DNA of 28,321 nt from a bacterium (GCA_021817685.1 JAKAGD010000001.1:1-28321), one strand, 5' to 3'. Numbered from the stretch's first letter, positions 19,531-27,129 are shown. The notes: generated by a model not told the origin, from the sequence alone. Translations and numbers: made by a program.

Positions 19531-21309
19531 TTATGCGCGCGGCTTGAACGCCGCGCGGAGCGCGTTCAGGATCACCGCCACGTCTATGCCTTCCTGGAGC
19601 AGAGCGCCTTCTACCGGGACGATGAGGCCGAATGCGGCGAACAACATGCCGGCGGCCGAGAGACCGATGCCGGTATACACGCTCTGTCCCGCGATGCGCA
19701 CCGAGCGCTTGGAGAGCGCAAAGAGTTCTTGGATAAGCAGGACGTCGTGGCCGAGGATGGCCACGTCCGCCGCTTCGATGGACGCGCTATTTTCCGTGCC
19801 GGAGAAAACGATGCCGATGTCCGCTTTTGCCAGTGCGGGCGCGTCGTTGAGCCCGTCGCCCACCATCGCAACTTTCTCTCCGCGTTTCTTTGCTTCCTCT
19901 ACCAGGCGGTATTTATCTTCCGGCGTGCAGTCCGCGCACACATCGAGCGAGAGACCGGCGAATATCGCGTCGGCGTGCTCTTTCCGGTCGCCTGTGAGCA
20001 CAGCGACTTTCAATCCGGAGCGCGTAAGATCGGTAAGGAACTTCTTCGCATTCTCTTTGAGCACATCATTGAAGTGGAGCACCGCGAGCGGATTGCCGTC
20101 TTCGGAGAGGAGGAGCGAGATGCCGCCTTCCTTATGATGCTCTTCCGGCGCCTGTTCTATGGAAATGTAATGGCCGTCCACGGCGCCGGTGACGCCTTTC
20201 CCGATGACTTCAGCCACATCGCGCGCCGGCGCGGGAGTAAAATTATGCTTCTTTGCGGCGGTGATGACGGCGCGCGCGAGCGGGTGGATGGAGTGGTATT
20301 CAAGCGCGGCGGCGAGCGAGAGCACCTGCGACTCGGTGGCCTCCTGATCCAGGAGCGTGATATCGGTCAATTGCGGTTCGCCGAGAGTGAGCGTGCCGGT
20401 CTTATCAAAAAAGACGGTCGTAATGCCGGCGATGGATTCGAGCGCGGCCGGCGTTTTTACGATGATGTTCCGCCCCGCCGCGCGCGAGAGGCCGCCGATG
20501 AAAGCGACCGGTGCGGCGATGATGAGCGGGCAGGGCGTTGCGATGACGAGCACAGCGAGCACGCGCACGATGTCGCCGGTGAGGAGGTACGCGCCGCCGG
20601 AGATGAGGAGCGTGAGGATGGTGAACGGCAGGTTCGCCGCGGTCGTCATCCGGACGAACGGCGCCTGGTTCTTCTGCGCGTCCCGCACCAGGTCCACGAT
20701 CTTTGCATAGGTCGATGTCGCCAGCGTCCCCTGGACCGCGAGTTCGAACGCCTCGCCCGCGTTCACGCTCCCGCTTTTTACAAAGGCCCCCTCGTCCATC
20801 GTTTCAGGCAACGGTTCGCCGGTCAGGTTTGCGAGGTTCAAGACGGCGTGCGGCGAAGCGAGCAAGCCGTCGAGCGGGACCAGTTCGCCGCTCCGTATGA
20901 TGATGACCGCACCGGTCGCAACGGAAGCCAGCGGAACCTCTTTATTCTCCCCGTCCACATCTTTCACGAGCGCGGTTTTCGGGATGCGGGCAAGCAGGGC
21001 GGCGAGCGATGCTTCAGCGCGCCGGCCGGCATACGCCTCGAGCGCTTCGCCGCCGGTGTACATAAGCGCGATGACGGCGCCGGCGAGGTACTCGTTCGTA
21101 AAGGCGGCGAGCACGAGCGCAAGGAAGGCGATGTAATCGAGCGATACGCCGCCGGTGCGCATTTCTTCATACGCGGCTATGAAGATGGCAAGGACGCCGA
21201 GGCCGATGGCGGCGAGGTACAGGGCGGGGAGAGAGAAGGCGAGCGCTCCCGCAAGGAGAAGAGCGACTAACCCGGGAAGTATGAGGGTCGTGAGGTTCAA
21301 ATACCGCAT
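19531..21309 (-). CDS. Heavy-metal P1B-type ATPase (P1B-5-like), without soluble metal-binding domains
   Basis: LTGE, ATPCPL, DKTGT, HP, GDGLNDAP and C-terminal QEGID motifs. Start reassigned to MRYLNLTTL. Confidence 0.9.
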   Translation of the reverse strand: MRYLNLTTLILPGLVALLLAGALAFSLPALYLAAIGLGVLAIFIAAYEEMRTGGVSLDYIAFLALVLAAFTNEYLAGAVIALMYTGGEALEAYAGRRAEASLAALLARIPKTALVKDVDGENKEVPLASVATGAVIIIRSGELVPLDGLLASPHAVLNLANLTGEPLPETMDEGAFVKSGSVNAGEAFELAVQGTLATSTYAKIVDLVRDAQKNQAPFVRMTTAANLPFTILTLLISGGAYLLTGDIVRVLAVLVIATPCPLIIAAPVAFIGGLSRAAGRNIIVKTPAALESIAGITTVFFDKTGTLTLGEPQLTDITLLDQEATESQVLSLAAALEYHSIHPLARAVITAAKKHNFTPAPARDVAEVIGKGVTGAVDGHYISIEQAPEEHHKEGGISLLLSEDGNPLAVLHFNDVLKENAKKFLTDLTRSGLKVAVLTGDRKEHADAIFAGLSLDVCADCTPEDKYRLVEEAKKRGEKVAMVGDGLNDAPALAKADIGIVFSGTENSASIEAADVAILGHDVLLIQELFALSKRSVRIAGQSVYTGIGLSAAGMLFAAFGLIVPVEGALLQEGIDVAVILNALRAAFKPRA

Positions 21310-21351
21310 TGTTCGGGGTTCTCTGTATGGTAGCACGAATATACCAGACCT

Positions 21352-21381
21352 ATTGACATTATATTGTCAATGTGCTAATAT
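21352..21381 (+). promoter_or_regulatory. Sigma70 promoter with its -35 embedded in an inverted repeat
   Basis: TTGACA (21353-21358), 17 nt, TAATAT (21376-21381) with an upstream TG. Inverted repeat ATTGACA-N6-TGTCAAT. Confidence 0.65.
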
Positions 21382-21428
21382 TTGAATTAACGAGGTAGTT
21401 ACAAGCTATTTCGGTACTAAAACACCCA

Positions 21429-21983
21429 ATGTTACCACTTACGACCCTTATGGGGTTTTTGCTTTTGTCCGGCGGCCTGGCGCTACCGGCTCACGCTCAA
21501 ACCCCTTCATCGCCGAGCTATACGGTTACGCTGACCGCCTACAACGCCGTAGCGGCGCAGACGGACGGCAATCCGCTTGAGACGGCCAGCGGCGCCTACT
21601 CCAACCCGGAGGTTATCGCCGCGCGTTCCCAGGACTTTGCTACGGAACTTCCGTTCGGTACCATCATCGAACTCGACGGCTCGAACATCTCCTCGGACGG
21701 CACCTGCGGTTACGGCGTCGTTGCTTCCCGCATCGGCTATCGCGTCATTGAAGACACGATGAACGCAAAGTTCACCAAGCGCGTTGACGTGCTCCTCGAT
21801 ACGAAGCGGGATTACCGTACGACCGACAAGGGTTTGAAGAACGCCGCGCAAATACTCGGCATCTGTGACGGCGTCGTCATTCGCGTCGTGGGGCACGTGG
21901 ATATTAACCACATCCCGAAGACTCAGGAAGAGCTTGCGAAGCTCGTCACCGGGAAATCGGATTCGCTCGCACTCAACAAATAA
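21429..21983 (+). CDS. Exported 3D (Asp-Asp-Asp) domain protein, putative peptidoglycan lytic transglycosylase-like
   Basis: Signal peptide ending AHA; VTLTAYNA...TDGNPLETASG, LPFGT and VIEDTM...RVDV motifs. Confidence 0.8.
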   Translation: MLPLTTLMGFLLLSGGLALPAHAQTPSSPSYTVTLTAYNAVAAQTDGNPLETASGAYSNPEVIAARSQDFATELPFGTIIELDGSNISSDGTCGYGVVASRIGYRVIEDTMNAKFTKRVDVLLDTKRDYRTTDKGLKNAAQILGICDGVVIRVVGHVDINHIPKTQEELAKLVTGKSDSLALNK

Positions 21984-22005
21984 CTCCGGACAAGTACCGC
22001 TCCGG

Positions 22006-22040
22006 AACGCGCGGCGCCCCTAGGGGCGCCGCGTGTTTTT
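22006..22040 (+). terminator. Loopless palindrome followed by a T run
   Basis: Perfect 24-bp palindrome CGCGGCGCCCCT|AGGGGCGCCGCG (22010-22033), then GTTTTT. Confidence 0.6.
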
Positions 22041-22059
22041 GTGCGGTATCCTTATCCGC

Positions 22060-22713
22060 ATGCGGCGTCTCACGCTTTCCGAATCCGGACTGACTTCAAG
22101 TGAATACAAAACGCTTGCGGGCCTCTCGACGCCGGCGAAGATACAGGATTTCCTGGATACGTTCGCTTTTAATTTTGAAAAGAAGGGCGACACGCACATG
22201 TCGCCGCGCCGCGTGCTCGCGGCGAAAAAGATGCACTGCATTGAGGGAGCGATGCTGGCCGCCGCCGCGCTCTGGATAGCCGGCGAGCCGCCCTTGATCA
22301 TGAATCTCTCGTCCCGGATGGGGAAAGGGGATGTGGATCACGTCGTCGCGCTTTACAAGCGCGGCGGGCGGTACGGTGCCGTGAGTAAGACGAATCACGC
22401 CGTGCTCCGCTTCCGCGACCCCGTGTACCGCACGCCGCGCGAGCTTGCGCTCTCGTATTTCCACGAATGGTTCATGAACGAGACGCGGGAGAAAACGCTG
22501 GAATGCTATTCCAAGCCCTTGGATATGCGCCGATTCGGAACTGATTGGCTTACGGGCGAGAAAGATCTCTGGAACGTCGCCGATGCGCTCGCCGAGCGCA
22601 AGCACTATTTCCTCGTGCCCAAAGGGAATTGGCGCTACGTGCGCAGGGCCGATGCTATGGAGCTCGCGGCCGGAAAGATCATCGAGTGGAAGAAGTCCCA
22701 TCCGCGGACGTAG
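22060..22713 (+). CDS. Conserved hypothetical protein, transglutaminase/papain-like (Cys-His) fold candidate
   Basis: Start reassigned to MRRLTLSE (TATCCT 7 nt upstream). SPRRVL...HCIEGAMLAAAAL and DHVVALY...GAVSKTNH...RDPVY motifs. Confidence 0.75.
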   Translation: MRRLTLSESGLTSSEYKTLAGLSTPAKIQDFLDTFAFNFEKKGDTHMSPRRVLAAKKMHCIEGAMLAAAALWIAGEPPLIMNLSSRMGKGDVDHVVALYKRGGRYGAVSKTNHAVLRFRDPVYRTPRELALSYFHEWFMNETREKTLECYSKPLDMRRFGTDWLTGEKDLWNVADALAERKHYFLVPKGNWRYVRRADAMELAAGKIIEWKKSHPRT

Positions 22714-22725
22714 CCGATATAAAGA

Positions 22726-22748
22726 AAAGGCGGATATTATCCGCCTTT
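22726..22748. terminator. Bidirectional palindrome with a 1-nt centre
   Basis: AAAGGCGGATA-t-TATCCGCCTTT between convergent genes. Confidence 0.65.
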
Positions 22749-22765
22749 GTGCCCTTGATCGGTTC

Positions 22766-22909
22766 CTACCCGAAGGCAAATGACCTCGCGACTCGTTGCG
22801 CGCTCGGTGAAAGCGGTTCCGGTTCCGTCCGCTTTTGTGGCGCCCGCATCCGCGCTTTTTTGCGAACCTGCGGCTGCGTCGACCTTCCTCTGATCTTCTT
22901 CAGTGCCAT
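22766..22909 (-). CDS. Small Lys/Arg-rich protein, 47 aa (MALKKIRGRSTQPQVRKKARMRAPQKRTEPEPLSPSAQRVARSFAFG)
   Basis: Not in the ORF track. AAGGAGG lies 7 nt upstream of the ATG, and the ORF fills the gap between the CofE-like stop and the terminator. Confidence 0.5.
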   Translation of the reverse strand: MALKKIRGRSTQPQVRKKARMRAPQKRTEPEPLSPSAQRVARSFAFG

Positions 22910-22975
22910 GACCAATCCTCCTTCAAGTGAAGGACATCGCCTCTGTCCTCCCGTTCTTATAGGCGATTGCCGGAG

Positions 22976-23695
22976 TTACGTCAACGCTTTACGGATGATG
23001 AAGAAGGGCGTCATTTCGCTGTCTTGTCCGGCAGGATTGTCGCGAAGCACCTCCCGGATGAATTTCTCCGAAATGGCGGAAGTGGATTTGCCGAGCGAGA
23101 ACGCGCCGCGGTAATTGGCATCCACTATGACGGTTTCGGCGCCGAAGCGCTCCCTTACCTTGCGCGCGACGCCGTTCGGGTCTTTGGGCGCTTTTTTGGC
23201 GTAGTCGGTATAGGGTTCGAGCGTCCAGGACATGGGGCAGTCGATGGACTTCGCCTGTTTGCCGACCAGGTAATAGAACGCGCCCTTAATGCCCAAGGGG
23301 CGGGTAACGGCCGCCACAAGCGCGGCGAACAGCACGCGCGGGACCCCCGCCTCTTCAATGAGGAGCTGCATCGCCGGGGCGGTACCGTGCCCGAGCCCGC
23401 GGAACTGCGGCGTGCCGGCATGATTGCGGACTTTGCTCGAGAGGAAGCGGGCGAGCCAGGTGGTTCGCACGTCTTTGGTCGGGATGATGCGGCCCTGGGT
23501 CACGCAGACTACTTTTTCACTGATGAAAAGGAGATCGCCGGGGCGCAGGTGCGGTACGGCGTACTCCTCAAGAAGCTTCATCAAATCGTCGCCCTCCTGT
23601 ATGAGCCGCGTCTTGATGGGGAGACGCAAATAGCGGACGCCGAGTGCAACGGCGTCGAGATCCTTGCCTTTATTTGGCACCAAATCGGTCGGCAT
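22976..23695 (-). CDS. Coenzyme F420-0:L-glutamate ligase (CofE)-like domain protein
   Basis: LPIKTRLIQEGDDL, GDLLFISEKVVCVTQG, IVDAN and C-terminal NPAGQ...TP motifs. Confidence 0.75.
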   Translation of the reverse strand: MPTDLVPNKGKDLDAVALGVRYLRLPIKTRLIQEGDDLMKLLEEYAVPHLRPGDLLFISEKVVCVTQGRIIPTKDVRTTWLARFLSSKVRNHAGTPQFRGLGHGTAPAMQLLIEEAGVPRVLFAALVAAVTRPLGIKGAFYYLVGKQAKSIDCPMSWTLEPYTDYAKKAPKDPNGVARKVRERFGAETVIVDANYRGAFSLGKSTSAISEKFIREVLRDNPAGQDSEMTPFFIIRKALT

Positions 23696-23715
23696 GATAT
23701 ATCTAGTATAACGGT
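23696..23715. promoter_or_regulatory. Overlapping divergent -10 elements in a 20-bp gap
   Basis: + strand TAGTAT 6 nt before ATG 23716; - strand TATACT 9 nt before ATG 23695. Confidence 0.55.
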
Positions 23716-24138
23716 ATGAGCACCAAGAAAGCCACTAACCCCGAGGGAGTTCGGGTAGGGAGGTCGAGCGCCGGGCTCGGCCTCTTTGCGACGCGCGCCT
23801 ACAAAAAAGGGGAGCGCATCATTGAGTACTTCGGCAGGGTCATCTCAAAGGAGGAAGAGTACACGAGCCGGAGCAAATATCTCTTTGAGGTGAACTCGCG
23901 CAAAACCATCGACGGCACGGACCGGAAAAACATCGCGCGGTATATCAATCATTCCTGCACGCCCAACTGCGAGCCGGAAATAGAGAAGGGGCGCATTTAC
24001 ATCGACGCCATTAAGAACATCAAGCCCGGCGACGAGTTCACCTACGATTACGGCGAGGAATACTTCAAGGAGCACATTCGGCCGTACGGCTGCCGCTGCG
24101 TGAAGCACCATGCCACGCATAAGAAAACGCCCCGCTAA
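23716..24138 (+). CDS. SET-domain protein-lysine methyltransferase with post-SET Cys motif
   Basis: GLGLFAT, IIEYFG, ARYINHSCTPN, EFTYDYG and CRC motifs. Confidence 0.9.
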   Translation: MSTKKATNPEGVRVGRSSAGLGLFATRAYKKGERIIEYFGRVISKEEEYTSRSKYLFEVNSRKTIDGTDRKNIARYINHSCTPNCEPEIEKGRIYIDAIKNIKPGDEFTYDYGEEYFKEHIRPYGCRCVKHHATHKKTPR

Positions 24139-24155
24139 AAGCGGGGCGTTTTCTT
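24121..24155. terminator. Bidirectional terminator between the SET and csp genes
   Basis: AAGAAAACGCCCCGCT-aaa-AGCGGGGCGTTTTCTT, 16-bp stem; the SET stop codon sits at the apex. Confidence 0.75.
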
Positions 24156-24173
24156 TGCTTGACCTAACGCGAG

Positions 24174-24383
24174 TTAGATCTTGCTGACGCCGAGGGCGTT
24201 CGGGCCCTTCGGGCTGTCTCCAATAGTGAACGAGACTTTGTCCCCCTCCTGGAGCTCGTCGAACGAAATGTTCTGGAGCTCGTTAGAGTGGAAGAAAAGG
24301 TCTTTTGCACCCGCCTGGGCGCCATCGACTTTGATGAAGCCGAAGCCTTTCTCGTTCTTCTTGATTACGGTACCATTTTGCAT
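24174..24383 (-). CDS. cspA: Cold-shock protein (CSD)
   Basis: RNP1 KGFGFI and RNP2 LFFH motifs, GPNALGV, 69 aa. Confidence 0.9.
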   Translation of the reverse strand: MQNGTVIKKNEKGFGFIKVDGAQAGAKDLFFHSNELQNISFDELQEGDKVSFTIGDSPKGPNALGVSKI

Positions 24384-24483
24384 ACTGCAGATTGATAGAT
24401 TGTGTGACTAAGGTATCAAATCAGTAGGCGAAAGTAGAAGCTCGATCCCACTTCTCTGGATTAAGCCGCTGGTTGATGCGTAT

Positions 24484-24512
24484 AAAATAGCAGATGCTCG
24501 CTTTTTTGTCAA
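24484..24512 (-). promoter_or_regulatory. Sigma70 promoter of the csp gene
   Basis: Minus strand TTGACA (24512-24507), 17 nt, TATTTT (24489-24484) with extended TG; implies a 5' UTR of about 90-95 nt. Confidence 0.6.
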
Positions 24513-24575
24513 TATGCCGTTTGGGCGCCGGGAGGACCGGTACGGTGATACACTCCGTCTATATTCATACCCGCC

Positions 24576-25241
24576 ATGGATGCTCCCGAAGCCCCTTCTT
24601 CGATACGAGACCTGTTTAGCCCCGCGTGGCGCTTCTCGCTCGCCGGCGCGCTCATCCTCCTCGCCGGCGCGTACGTGGCCGAGCATTTTGCGAATCTCTA
24701 CGAACTGTCCTACTCGGCGCGCCCGACGTCCACGTATGTCGGCGACCTCCTCCTCGATAATCTGCCGGTGGTGAACCTGAACGTCATCATCATTGAGGGG
24801 GCTTTCCTTGCCATCGTCCTCGGTACGCTCTACGTATTCCTGCGGCCGCGGTATGTCCTCTTCACGCTCAAAGCGCTGGCGCTCTTCGTCGCCATTCGTG
24901 CGCTCTTCGTTTCCCTTACGCACGTCGGCATCTACCCGGGCAATATCGACCCGGGACTCGGGCTCTTCGACGGCATCTATACGTACCTTAATTTCCAGAC
25001 CGGGTTCTTCTTCTCGGGGCATACCGGCCTGCCGTTCCTCCTCGCGCTCATTTTCTGGGAGGATGTTCCCGCTCGCGTTGCGTTTCTGGCGCTCTCGGCC
25101 GTTTTTGCCGTTGCGGTCCTGCTTGCGCACATCCACTATTCCATCGACGTGTTCGCCGCGCCGTTCATGACCTACGGCATATTTACGATAGCGAAAGCGC
25201 TTTTCCCGCGCGACCACGCGCTCCTGGGCCCGGCGCCCTAG
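24576..25241 (+). CDS. PAP2-superfamily membrane protein, sphingomyelin-synthase-like
   Basis: Multiple TM helices; IRALFVSLT, FFSGHT and HIHYSIDV motifs. Confidence 0.8.
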   Translation: MDAPEAPSSIRDLFSPAWRFSLAGALILLAGAYVAEHFANLYELSYSARPTSTYVGDLLLDNLPVVNLNVIIIEGAFLAIVLGTLYVFLRPRYVLFTLKALALFVAIRALFVSLTHVGIYPGNIDPGLGLFDGIYTYLNFQTGFFFSGHTGLPFLLALIFWEDVPARVAFLALSAVFAVAVLLAHIHYSIDVFAAPFMTYGIFTIAKALFPRDHALLGPAP

Positions 25242-26107
25242 CGTGCCGGAAATCTTCGCGCAAAGAGTTCGGTGGTTGTCGGCGCGTTGAGCGCGCTCAA
25301 TCCGTAGAGCCGATCGAGCGACTGCCCGGCGCCGCGATAGTAGTCGCCGCGCGCGGAAGCGTAGCCGGCTTTCTTTACGAGCGCCACAATGTCGGTGTTG
25401 TATTGCCCGAACGGGTACGCGAATTCATTCACGGTGACGCCGAGATTCTTTTCGAGCGTTTGTTTGCTGCCGTCTATTTCGCTCCAGAGGACGGCCGGGT
25501 CGGTTATTTTTGTGAGGAACGGATGCGACTTTGAATGGCTGCCGATGGTCATGCCGGCGTCGCGCATCTCGCGCAAGTCGCTCCACGAAACGAACCCGCG
25601 CCGCCCGATCGGATTAGTGAATACAAAGAACGTCGCCGTGTAGTGGTATTTCTTCAGGATGGGGAAGGCGTAGGTGAATTGGTCGCTCCATCCGTCGTCG
25701 AACGAGATGATGATCGGATTTTTCGGGAGCGGCGCGCCGTCCGCGAAATGGCGTTCCAGGTCGGCGAACGACACGACGTGGTAACCGGCGTCCGCAAGGT
25801 ACTTCATCTGCGCGTCGAATACTTCCGGCGTATGTGCGAGCGCTGTTACGGCCCGGCTGTCGGTCGGATAACTCGGCCGAACGATGTGGTAGACCAGTAT
25901 CGGCACGGACGTTGAGGCGACTGTCGGAGATGCGGGGTTCGAGAGCGCCGGAGCCGTGCTCGTCGATACCTCGGCGTAGAACGCTTCGTGATTCTGGAAA
26001 AACGCGTCGGACGGTTCCGCGCGATTGTGCGCAAAAAGGAACACGCCGCCCGCGAGGGCGCCGCCGAGAAGGAGGAGCGTAACGGGAAATCGAAGAAAAG
26101 GGAGCAT
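25238..26107 (-). CDS. Polysaccharide deacetylase (CE4/NodB; IcaB/PgaB-like), membrane-anchored
   Basis: VPILVYH, ISFDDGW, ATFFV, IGSHSKSHPFL and FAYPFG motifs; N-terminal TM helix. Confidence 0.9.
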   Translation of the reverse strand: MLPFLRFPVTLLLLGGALAGGVFLFAHNRAEPSDAFFQNHEAFYAEVSTSTAPALSNPASPTVASTSVPILVYHIVRPSYPTDSRAVTALAHTPEVFDAQMKYLADAGYHVVSFADLERHFADGAPLPKNPIIISFDDGWSDQFTYAFPILKKYHYTATFFVFTNPIGRRGFVSWSDLREMRDAGMTIGSHSKSHPFLTKITDPAVLWSEIDGSKQTLEKNLGVTVNEFAYPFGQYNTDIVALVKKAGYASARGDYYRGAGQSLDRLYGLSALNAPTTTELFARRFPAR

Positions 26108-26272
26108 GGTGTCGGGCAGTATATCCTAACGGCGATTGAAAAGAAAAAGGCTTTTCGGGATCTACGCCGCCGAGGAGGGGCAGGAGAGAGATCAGCCCGG
26201 ATCCCGATGCATATACCCGGCGTAGCGCGGGCGCGGTATACTACGAGCACTTAGCAACGCTAATAATAATGT

Positions 26273-26590
26273 ATGGACACCAAAGAAATGCAGGGAGATT
26301 CCGAGTGCGGCGGATGCGGAGAGTGCAAGCACGGCATGGGCGGCGGGTGCTGCCGGCATCGGCGCATCTGGCACATCCTCGTTAAAGTGCTCGTCGCACT
26401 CTTCATCTTCTGGGCGGGCGTGCAGGTGGGCGAGCTGAAGGGCATCCTGCGCGGCTACGGATACGGCGGGGGCTACGGCATGATGGGCGCGTACCGCGAC
26501 AACGCCGGCCAGAATTATTTTTACAGCAACGCTCCGGGCGGCATGATGGGCGGCTGGCTCCGCACAGGGACGTCAACGGGTGCGTGGTAG
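26273..26590 (+). CDS. Small membrane protein with Cys/His-rich N-terminus and Gly/Met-rich tail
   Basis: ECGGCGECKHGMGGGCCRH, one TM helix, GYGMMG repeats, followed by a terminator. Confidence 0.7.
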   Translation: MDTKEMQGDSECGGCGECKHGMGGGCCRHRRIWHILVKVLVALFIFWAGVQVGELKGILRGYGYGGGYGMMGAYRDNAGQNYFYSNAPGGMMGGWLRTGTSTGAW

Positions 26591-26617
26591 ACGCGATCCT
26601 GCGAGCAGGGTAAAGGA

Positions 26618-26643
26618 AAAAGGCGACCCTAGGGTCGCCTTTT
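26618..26643. terminator. Loopless palindrome between convergent genes
   Basis: Perfect 26-bp palindrome AAAAGGCGACCCT|AGGGTCGCCTTTT. Confidence 0.65.
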
Positions 26644-26658
26644 CGATTCGGTGGCCGC

Positions 26659-27129
26659 CTATTTCCACCGCAAGTGCAGAGTCGACCTTTTCCGGGCGAC
26701 CCGGACGTTCGGCAGCGGAGACAATATCGTCTTCATGGCGAAGACTCGTTGTGCCCACGCTTCAAGCCTGCGTGCGACCCCCAGGAGCCCCTCATAATCA
26801 TTGGGCTCAATATCCGGGGCGGGGAAGGTGACAACCACGCGTTTCTGCCCGTGCGGCGCTATGTACCCGGGCTTTTCCGGATTGTGCGGAACCGCCTCAA
26901 GCACTCTCCGAAATTCACGCGCCAGGATGTCGCCGTACGGGATCGTCATCACGACGACGCCCTTTCCGCGGCGGAAATTCCGGAGCGGACTCACGGTAAC
27001 AACCTCTTTGTCGGCGGGTGCATCCTTTGCCGGGAAAAGGCGCATGAGCAAGCTCTCCGTTTCGCGGATCGCCTGCCGATGTTTCTTCCAGCGGGACAGC
27101 GAGATTACCTTACCTCTTGATGCTTTCAT
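26659..27129 (-). CDS. Hypothetical protein, 156 aa
   Basis: Start at MKASRGK with AAGGAG 7 nt upstream; ends next to the palindrome. No recognisable motif. Confidence 0.55.
   Translation of the reverse strand: MKASRGKVISLSRWKKHRQAIRETESLLMRLFPAKDAPADKEVVTVSPLRNFRRGKGVVVMTIPYGDILAREFRRVLEAVPHNPEKPGYIAPHGQKRVVVTFPAPDIEPNDYEGLLGVARRLEAWAQRVFAMKTILSPLPNVRVARKRSTLHLRWK

Noticed and set aside
19495-21270. 591-aa + strand ORF
   Set aside because: Antisense shadow of the P1B ATPase, as expected at high GC; no motifs.
26156-26225. Crossing inverted repeats (CGGGATC/GATCCCG and CTACGCCG/CGGCGTAG), pseudoknot-like
   Set aside because: Stems of 7-8 bp are plausible by chance at this GC content, and the region lies outside the likely transcripts of both flanking genes.
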